The translations under genes and the position numbers were made by a program. The notes beneath the pieces are model-generated. The model saw only the letters and a program-made list of their open reading frames with translations. It was not told where the DNA came from and ran no database searches. A stretch of 63,362 nt of DNA, the filler included, from Kipferlia bialata (taxonomy: Eukaryota), in assembly GCA_003568945.1 (NCBI GenBank). It is 7 parts of 7 records of this genome, joined end to end, with 100 filler letters (N's around TTAATTAATTAA, not from the genome) between each part and the next. Parts side by side here need not be neighbours in the genome. Positions count along the whole stretch, not along the records: positions 54,515 to 58,797 come from BDIP01001397.1; positions 58,898 to 63,362 come from BDIP01001409.1; 5 more parts are not named here. One strand, written 5' to 3'. Position 1 is the first letter of the stretch. Every line of letters starts with the position of its first letter. This document shows positions 54,415-63,362 of the stretch, piece by piece.

Positions 54415-54514
54415 NNNNNNNNNNNNNNNNNNNNNNNNNNNNNNNNNNNNNNNNNNNNTTAATTAATTAANNNNNNNNNNNNNNNNNNNNNNNNNNNNNN
54501 NNNNNNNNNNNNNN
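54415..54514. other. Artificial contig-joining linker
   Basis: N44-TTAATTAATTAA(54459-54470)-N44. Confidence 0.97.
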
Positions 54515-54528
54515 AGAGAGGGTAGGGT

Positions 54529-54560
<32 letters not shown>

Positions 54561-54566
54561 GAGTAC

Positions 54567-55838
54567 CTTATCCTTGGGGTGCTCTGCCATGAACTGCTGG
54601 ATCTGCTCCGTGACTGCATTGATGGACTCTGCCACTGGGAGGTACTCTGCCAGGTGGGAGAGGTGTGTGGTGAGTTCCTCAATGTCAAAGGCCTCAACGC
54701 CCTCAATGATGCCACGCAGGGCATTGCGGGAGTCGGGTGAGTAGTCAGTAAAGGCCTTGAGAAGGGTCTCCTCCTCTGGCCCCTTCTTACTCTTCTCAGA
54801 CATCTCGACAAGCACCTTGGCTAGGGTGATGACAGCATCCTCCACCGAACTGTCCGGGGTGAGGGGCTGTCCCAGTTGCTCGAGAAGGGGGAGTATCTCC
54901 AAGATGCGGGTTCTCCTCTCATACTCCTGCTGCCAGGCAGGGTCTTGCACTACAACAAAGCCGCTGTAGGTGTGCAGCAGGATGGTGCTGGGGTTCACAA
55001 ATGTACCATAGCACATATTGGTATTGCTTGCGGGCAATGTCTGAGGGAGCTGCACCCACGTCTTGGACTGGGTGTGGTACATGTGCATCTGGTTGGCGTG
55101 ATAGTAACCACCCATCACAAGGATGTCATCCCCTACTAGTACAGCGGCACCACTGTGTAACTGGAAAGGAGTGTTGGTCTCGTTGACCCAGCCGCCGGCC
55201 TGTGTGTAGGTACAGTGCATGTAGTAACTACGGTATCCATTGCTGTCCCCCAACAGGTGCACGGTGTTCCCTACAACGACAGTGGAGGAGTTGTTGGTCT
55301 GGTAGCCGCTTGGGAAGCCATGCCCCATGTTCTGCCAAGTCTGGGTGGAGGGGTCGAAGGCCCAGGTGTCATTGTTACCACCTCCGGCAATGTAAAGCTT
55401 GCCAGCGAGGCAGAATGCGCAGTGTTGGTTCCTTCCATTGGGCCAGCTGCCGTTGTTGGGCACCACATGCCACGTCTCTGTGGCGATGGTATAGCAGCTG
55501 AGCTGTGTGTTATGAGCGTTGCCTCCAAACACATAGACACAGTCCCCGACTCGTGTGGCGGTGTGGTACTCGCAACCGGTGCTGTTGCTGCCATGTCCAA
55601 TGACACGGCTGTTGATGGTGTTGCCGGTGGGGTCCATGCGGAGGATCATACAGGGTTGGTTGCCGTTTGAGGCATTGTACCCAATGACAAGCGCCTCCCA
55701 CTTCTGTCCGGGTCCTGTCCCGGTCTCAGGCATAGGCCTACCATCCTTGTCCTGTGGACCAATGTACACCAAGGCAGCCTTAGAAGAGAGCCTGTGGGGA
55801 TACGGCGTGGAATCCAGCTGCCGCATAGTTTTGGTCAT
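54567..55838 (-). CDS. Kelch-repeat beta-propeller protein with C-terminal helical region (3' partial)
   Basis: One long ORF with kelch blades: HTATRVGDCVYVFGG..Y...TETW, HCAFCLAGKLYIAGG..FDPSTQTW, STVVVGNTVHLLG and AAVLVGDDILVMGG..YHTQSKTW. Confidence 0.9.
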
Positions 55839-56318
55839 CCTTCACTGCCAATTAGATGGAAAACGCTCTTCTATGTACCAATGGTTACACATTACCATAA
55901 TATGAAGTATGGAGAAGGAAACCTACCAGGTCTACGGAGATTGAGCCTATTCTCTCGATCTTGGTGAGTAAGACGGAACGCACACGATGATTGAGTTTTT
56001 GAGTAATTGGGGTGTAGAAGATTCTTTTTGCCGGAAGAGATAAGGGTGTAGTGTCATAATCAGATGTCTGACAGTGACACACTCTCTATGCTCATGCTTT
56101 GGGGAATATTGTAGTGATGAAGCTTTCCTTGTGTGGCAAAGTGAGAGTATACAGTATGTCCAGGTGCCGGAGCGGGTCTAGTGAAGAGGAGGTACTCCCC
56201 ATTGTATCAAAGGTATATTATAGACAGACAAGGCCCCAATGGGTTAGAAGTTTCTATTCACCTAGATATCCCACTGTTATACACACACCCTCACATCAGA
56301 GACACTTGTGACCTCTCT

Positions 56319-58797
56319 CTACTTCTGAGCGGGCACCACGTTGATGCTGAGTGCCTTGTCCACCATGGCCTGGTCCACTAGGTCGTTGGGGGTGTGGTAC
56401 ACAGTGCCGTCCTTGGCTGTGTAGGAGTAGGTGTGTGTGGCAGCAAGTGCCTCTCCGAGTGCCTTCAGTCCGTCCTGGAGGGTGTGGGCATGTGTCTCGA
56501 ATGCGTCCACCACGTGGGTGTCCACCGTGTGTGTGCAGTGCTTGACGGCTGTGTCTATGTCTCCCAGGGGCAGGCTGTCACTTGCAAACTTGGCCAGGGT
56601 GTCCTTCAGACCCTCTGGCAGGTGCCTTTTGACGTTGCTGAGCAGGATGGAGACAGAGGTCTGGCAGGTGGCCTTGGCGGGACTGCTCTTGTCCACGCAC
56701 TGCTCTGCCTCCAGGAGGGAGGAGAGGGGGTCGAAGATGGAGTCCAGGGTGCCCATGGTCTTGGCTATGTGCTGCAGGGCGGGCAGAGACTCTGTCGACA
56801 TCTTCTGGCTGTGTGCTGTGACCTCCCCCAGGGCAGAGGAGTATGTGTCCAGGGCAGTCTGCATTGCTGTCACGCTGCTGGTGAGGGTGGCCACGGTGCT
56901 GGTGATGGTCTCTAGCCTGGCTCCCAGGGCATGTGCGTTGGACTCGACATGCCCCTTGCAGTCATCGAGTGCACTGGTGTCGTCACTCCCTCCGTCATAC
57001 CCCAGCTCCAGGGAGTGCACCAGCTGCTGCAGACCCAGCACCCACCCGTCCATTGTGTGTACTGCCTTGCTCACCACAGCGGTGCTAGGCATCTGGTCCA
57101 CCACGCCCTCTGCAGCTGTGGCTAAGTAAGCCACAGCACTCTTGAGGAGGGGTACTGCGGCAGAGACGTCGTCTGCGGCAGACAGCTGCATCTGCACCAC
57201 ATCATTGACAGGGTCCATGATGCTAGACAGCACCTGGTACTTGAGGCCATCCAGGAAGGTGATGAGGTCGCTGCAGGTGTGGAAGCACGTGTGCATGGAG
57301 GTGACCTGCTGCTCGAAGTGTGCGGGGAAGGCGAGGGAGGCCTCGAGGCTGGTGAGGGACTTGGAGAGGGTGGCGACAGAGGCTGTCAGGGCAGTGACAC
57401 CTGCTATGCTGGCATGCACATCCTCTACAAACTTGGCAGAGTGGGGGTACATGGTGGCATCGATGGAGGGGGGGAAGCTGCTGGGGGCGGCCTCCTCTGC
57501 TGCATTGAGAGGGGCAGGGGCCGGTGTGGCTAGTAGGACGAGAGGGGTGTGTGTGTGCATTGTCAGCAGAGACATGGTGGGGGAGACACCGAGGGAGGCA
57601 ACACTAGAGTGGACAGCCTTCACAGCTGTGGCCATCCTGGTGGAGTGGGCAGCCTGTGCTGCTACCCCGCCTAGGAGACAGGTGCTCTTGAGGGTGTGGG
57701 AGAAGGAGGAGGAGGATGCTCTGTGGAGGTCGGGCATCTCTGGGAATGGGGGGATGATGGACCCCTTGTTGGGGTCCACCACTGTGCCTGTGATGGCGCC
57801 TACCAGTGCGTATGTGGTCTTCTTGAGGGCCTCTGACTTGTTGGTGCTGTAGCCACCTAGGGCAGACCCCAGCTGGTACATGAGGGGAGAGTCAGTGGAG
57901 TGTGGCCACTATAGGTATACAGATATTTTGTGTACTATATGTATATATATGTGTATATATATTTAACATACTACTGTCCACCCACCTGACACATCAGCTC
58001 TGCAGAGTTGTCTCCGGCCTTGTCGTTGACGGCACTGCCCTGGTTGCCAATGGCCTTGGGGTCAACGGCCATGACGGCGTCGAGGAGGGAGCCCAGGCCC
58101 AGCATCTTCATCACCTTCTCCTCGGCCTCGTCGAGCAGGTGCTTGAGGCCAGTGACCTCGAGGATCTTGTTGATAACGGGCATCAGCACCTTGTTGACGA
58201 TGCAGGACACGGCCTCCAGGGCCCACCTCACAGGTGCTATGGCGTGCATCACCTTGTTGAACCCCTCTGTGATGGGTCTGAGCATGTCTCCCCCCTTCTT
58301 GAGGGTGGCCAGCACTGCCTTGGCACCGTCTCCCAGCTCAGAGAACATCTTGTTCAGGAACTGGATGATGGGCTGCAGAGCCTTCATGACGGTGGAGAGG
58401 CAGTCTGCGAAGGGGGTGAGGGCCTTGCCCACTGTGTCCCGGGTGGAGGTGAGGTCTTCCACCACAGAGTGCAGGCGCTTGCCGGGGTCAGTGCCCTCCA
58501 GGACCTCCGTGAGGGGGCCGGCGATGTCAAGGAGGTAGGAGAGGATCTGGACTGTGTTGAGGTACTGGGGGACGGTGACAGTGACCTCGACGACGACGTT
58601 GGTGAACTTGGTGAGGCCGGCAGACATGTCGTCGAAGACCTGGGGTAAGGCCGGGAAGGGGGTCGAAGGGAGAGAATGGATGTGAGAGTAAATCATAATT
58701 TAACACTGTCTGTTAGTGATTTGAGATATAAGCAGAGAATGGGGGGGGGGGGGGGGGGGGGCAGAGAGAGGGGCACCGCACCTGAGTAGTCATCATC
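56319..58797 (-). CDS. Large alpha-helical hypothetical protein (5' partial; two long exons)
   Basis: ORFs 57971-58696 and 56319-57881 are joined by one canonical intron (CQ|LGSALGG). The sequence is rich in amphipathic helices; stop at 56319. Confidence 0.75.
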
Positions 58798-58897
58798 NNN
58801 NNNNNNNNNNNNNNNNNNNNNNNNNNNNNNNNNNNNNNNNNTTAATTAATTAANNNNNNNNNNNNNNNNNNNNNNNNNNNNNNNNNNNNNNNNNNNN
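58798..58897. other. Artificial contig-joining linker
   Basis: N44-TTAATTAATTAA(58842-58853)-N44. Confidence 0.97.
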
Positions 58898-58947
<50 letters not shown>

Positions 58948-58982
58948 GTGCATACTAGCTATTGAATATATTACATAAATAT

Positions 58983-60790
58983 ATATATACACATGGACCC
59001 TACCTCTGCCTGAGTGCCGCTATGCCAACCTTCCTTGCGAGTGTGCCGTGCCATGCCGCCAGTGCCCTGTGCTGGGTGTGGTATCTGTGTGCAAGGGCCG
59101 CAGCTGTCTCGTGTCTCTTCAGATCCCTAGGGGTGAGTATGCAGGTCGTAATACAGGGTTCCTACACCGATATATCCATACACCAGTCCCGAGCTCACCT
59201 TGTGTACACTGCCTTGGCCTGCCACACTTGCAAGGCCTGTCTCTGTAATGTCTGCTCAGAGTACTCAGCCGCATTGCGCAGCCTGAAGGTGAGGAAGGGG
59301 GGAGGGGGGGAGGAGGGATGTGTAGACTGATGATAGTATATACATAGTATATAGTATATACACACTCTCCCTATACACTCCCTTACCTGACCCTTGTGTC
59401 GAGTGCCCTGAGCCACACCCTGAGGCCATACCGCTGGGCAAGCACCTTGCCAACAGCACGGGGCATACGCCTGTTCAGTAGCCTAGGGGGTCAGATATAT
59501 AGGTTAACCACTCACCATGTATACATGGATAAATATACTCGTGTACCTAGCCTGCCTCCTCCACTGAGTGATGTACTGTCTCAGCACAGTCTCCCTGGTC
59601 TGTCTCTTATGCATGGCTGCATCATGCCACACCCGGAACAGAGTGGCCCTGGTGTCAGTATCAGTATCAGAACCAGTATCAGTAGTTATATATAGTCATG
59701 ACCCTGATACCTTGTAGTGCTGTCCCTGTGGAAGGTCAGGCTGTCAGAGCAGGCAGAGATGGCTGGAGTGAGGGGGTAATATGTAAGACGCAATAAACGA
59801 AGAGTGAAGAATAGCAGTAACAGAATATCACTCACCCTTCCTCCTCTCTCTCCACACTGCCAGCACCCTGACTGCCCTCTCCCTAGTCCCTTGGTCATAC
59901 AGGGCCTGGGGGTAAGGGGGGCATGGTATCACTGACACATATACACAGAGGTATGTATACACCTATAAAGACACATATCTATATATATCATATATATATA
60001 TATAATATACCCACCTGCGCCGTCCTCTGCCTCTGCAGCACCACGCTCCACCCTGCAAAGGCCCCAGACAGCAGCATGCCCCTTCTGAACAGCTGGCATG
60101 TCCTGTCCCTCAGGTCACTCTCTCTCTTCCTCTCAGAGGTGGAGGCTAGGTGCTTCCAGGCCAGGAAGGCCTAGGGGTGAGGTCAGAGAGAAATATGTGG
60201 CAAAAGTCATTCACTCATATACCCATATACATATATGTGTGTGATTGTATATGTACCTGCCGCGCTGTGTCCGCAGTCTCCACAGCCTGGGGGACCTTGC
60301 TCCTGTATGCATAGAAGGGGGCGGATATCTGTAGGCACCGTCTGAGTGCAGCCTTCCTGGCAGCCACCCCCCTCCACAGGGTGAAGAGGTCACTGCTCAT
60401 ACGGGAGTAGCGCATCTGGGGGTGAATGACTAGACACACGAATACTGGAGGCTATGTAAATATATACGGTGTACAATAGTATTTATATATATACATATAT
60501 ACCTGAATGACCACCCTAACTGCCCGTCTCAGCCTGCCCCTGTTCGATGCTACACCAGCCCAGGCCCTGAGGGCTCTGGAGGCCTAGGAGTAAGGGAAGG
60601 AGGAGGGGGGGGGGGAAGTAGTGTACATAAGACTACAGAGTACCAATAAACTCAACGGTAGAAGAATACTACTAGTGTATATAGGTATATATATACACCG
60701 CACCTGCCACTTCTGCAGTGTGGCCCTGGCAGCAGCCTCTGTGTCCCTGTCTCTCCTCTCACTGACAGTGGTCTGGGGAGTAAGAAGTAT

Positions 60791-60841
<51 letters not shown>

Positions 60842-63245
60842 CCACCTCCCTCCACGCCCGTATCTGTCTCCTCCCCATGACGAACAGGAAGGCACGGTCA
60901 CCCCGTCTCTCCTGCTCTCTCTCCTTCTCCTGTAGAGCCAGGCGCCACCTCGACAGCCACGCCCTGGGGTCAGAGAGGTCCACTAATACCCATATACACT
61001 ATATATATATACATATATATATATACAGTAATGTACCTTGCCACGGCAGTGTCCAGCCTGTGCTGCACCCCCTCCTGCTCTCTCTCCCTCACCACCAGGG
61101 CATCTCTCCTCCACATACAGAGTGCTATACTGAGCAGAGACCGGTCCCTCACTACATCTGCCCTCCCTAACAGCCTCTGCTGCAGCAGTGCCTGGCGCCA
61201 CAGGTGCAGGCTGCGCTGTGCACTTCTAATAGAGCACAGTGCGGCACATGCACTGTGGGGGGGCAGGGTGGCCACTGCTCTGATGGTGGCAGGGGGCAGG
61301 GGGGAGGTACTGACAGACGGGAGGGCGTCGCAGTGGATGCGCCAGCTGGGGTTAAGTTAAGGCGTGAAGAAGGGTGAGATTCGAGTCATATTGAGTATCA
61401 CTGTACTAAGCAACCATCGGACACCCACCTCGTGTATGCGTTCTGCAGTGCCAGCGTGGGGTCCGCCATGCAGTAGTGGGTCTCCTGCTGTGTCCTCACC
61501 CTCTGCTTGATAGACCTGAGGGTACTCCTCATACCAGCGTTGCTAGACTCAACCACTACCCACTGGTGTGTGCCCTCTCCATCTCCATCTCCCTCTATAT
61601 CCACACCCACCCTAGACCCAGTCATCCCTCCTGCCTGATCACCATGCATCACAGACATAGTCCTTAGGGAAGGGGTACTATGGGTGATGCGGCCTGTACT
61701 ACCTAAGTGGCCTGTCACACTGAGGGTCTCTCTCTCTCTCTCTCTGTCACTGCTAGGCCTGGGGAGTCTGGCAGGTGTGGTCCTTAGCATACTACCCCTC
61801 CCCATACCCCCTACACTGGTCAGAGTCATGGACAGAGGCGCCGAGGATGCTTCTTCTAGTTCGGCCCCTCTCTCAGCCTCTCTCTCTCTCTCTGCCTGTG
61901 CTATCCGTGCCCCTATTGTCTGTCTCCCACCCCGCCTCTCTCTTTCCATGGCAGCCAGACCAAGGGGGACTGCAACCTAGCAGTGAGAGGCAAACAATAG
62001 ACCAATGATGTCCTAGTGAACATCCATCCATATACTAATGTACATACCTCAGTCATTCCGTCTGTGTTCCCCTTGAGCCCCTCGGCCACGCACTGGTGTA
62101 TCACACTCACTGCCCGCATCTGCCTCTCCCTGTACTGGCGTAGCCTACGCCTCTCCACACCCTCTCCCCCTTGGTTGAGACCTAGGCTGCTCAGCCTACC
62201 CCTAGTCCTGTTGTCCCTGGCCAACCTCATGCAGTGCAGCACCTATTATAAGTCACAGAGGGAAGGGGAGAAGGGGGGAGAGAGTCACATGCAGTACATT
62301 ACCTGTGGTCACTGGGGAGCAGAGATAGCAGGAAGGATTGCACATCGCATACTGTTACATACTTACTATTATATACATCAAAACACTACACATACCTTGC
62401 TGCACGTGACGAGTGCATCTATGGTCTCTGCTGCCCCCTCATACTGGGAACGGGCAGAGGACTGCCTCAATAGGTGCCGCATGTGGTTCAGAGTGTGCCA
62501 GGCCACGGCTGAAGAGTGAGTAAGATATATGCCGAAAGTATAATAATGTACGTCCCCACCTGTGTCCCCAATCTGCCTGACTGAGAGGTACCCCTCCCTA
62601 AGCCTCTCCTTCCTGCCCACCCCACTCTGCATGGCTGCCAGCACCCTCCGCTGCAGCCCCCTCCCATACACCCTCCCAGCCACCATGTGCATGTGCCACA
62701 GGTGGGTGGTGAACAGACAGTCTAATCTAGCAGTGCCAGCATGCTCAGCGGATATCAGCTGGTCCCTAAACGACGCCACCCTGGCCGATGCTCTCCATGC
62801 ATGCAGGACGGCCCTCCTCTGGCACAGCCGCAGCCTGTTGCGCAGGACCTGCCTGTGTAGCTCTGCCTTGCTGGGTAGGGCCTGACCTCTAGGGAAGGAG
62901 GTGTGGTGGGGGAGCGTCAGGGAGGAGAGGAGGAGGGGGGCGGTGGGGGGGTCTCTCGGACGCACAACGCCCTCTGGGGTATCTGCACCCCCCTCTCTCT
63001 CCCTCTGTATCGTGAGGTTGACCTCTCTCAGCTCGGCAGAGACGGCCTCGGCCCTGGGGGTTAGGAGGAGACAAGTAACCCATTTCTTCAATACCACATA
63101 CAGACTACGAGTAGACACATATATCACACTACATATATATTACAGACACCATAGTACCTGTCCACGAGCAGTGCCACCCTCTGTCTCTCCAGCCCCTGTG
63201 CTGCCTCTACCAATACCCTCATAGCAGACAGACGCTGCAGTCTGG
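58983..63245 (-). CDS. Sfi1-like (centrin-binding repeat) protein, partial
   Basis: Recurrent A/L..L..W[RKQ] helical repeats: RRAVLHAWRASA, RSLHLWRQAL, SIALCMWRRDA, RAWLSRWRLAL, RATLQKWQ, AFLAWKH, GAFAGWS, RQALQVWQAKA. These fit the Sfi1 repeat consensus AX7LLX3(F/L)X2W(K/R). Confidence 0.7.
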
Positions 63246-63362
63246 AGTGAGGCATAGGGTGAACATAGTGGAGGGAAGCACAGGAAAGAGTGGATGGTGA
63301 AGAGGCATTAAGATCCTACTCGGGTGGGGGGGGGGGGGGGGGGGGGAACACAACAAAATAAA

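Noticed and set aside
56394..58648. Long plus-strand ORFs (173-248 aa)
   Set aside because: They are antisense shadows of the GC-rich minus-strand CDS.

Overview
This window is eukaryotic, intron-dense protist DNA. The branch point sits directly before the 3' AG, proteins are rich in E/R/G, and introns carry (TA)n/(GA)n repeats; this is most consistent with a free-living fornicate such as Kipferlia bialata (inferred, not searched). It is a concatenation of 7 separate contigs or scaffolds joined by 100-bp N44-TTAATTAATTAA-N44 linkers, so gene neighbourhoods across linkers mean nothing. Manual splicing gives: a glycerol kinase with about 24 exons, two MFS transporters, a phosphoglucomutase C-terminus, a degenerate bacterial-type AAA-ATPase-like protein, an ABCA-type transmembrane region, a synapsin-like ATP-grasp protein with a C-terminal TM anchor, a Sec1/Munc18 fragment, a kelch protein, an Sfi1-like repeat protein and several hypotheticals. 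The most striking unexplained structure is 'exon echoes'. In several genes the introns hold ~100-bp-spaced arrays of truncated copies of the adjacent exon, each keeping one splice site. Upstream copies carry the acceptor plus the exon start, and downstream copies carry the exon end plus the donor. They differ from the intact exon mostly at synonymous positions, and most carry a different but consensus-conforming splice signal. Exon coordinates were read by eye and are approximate.
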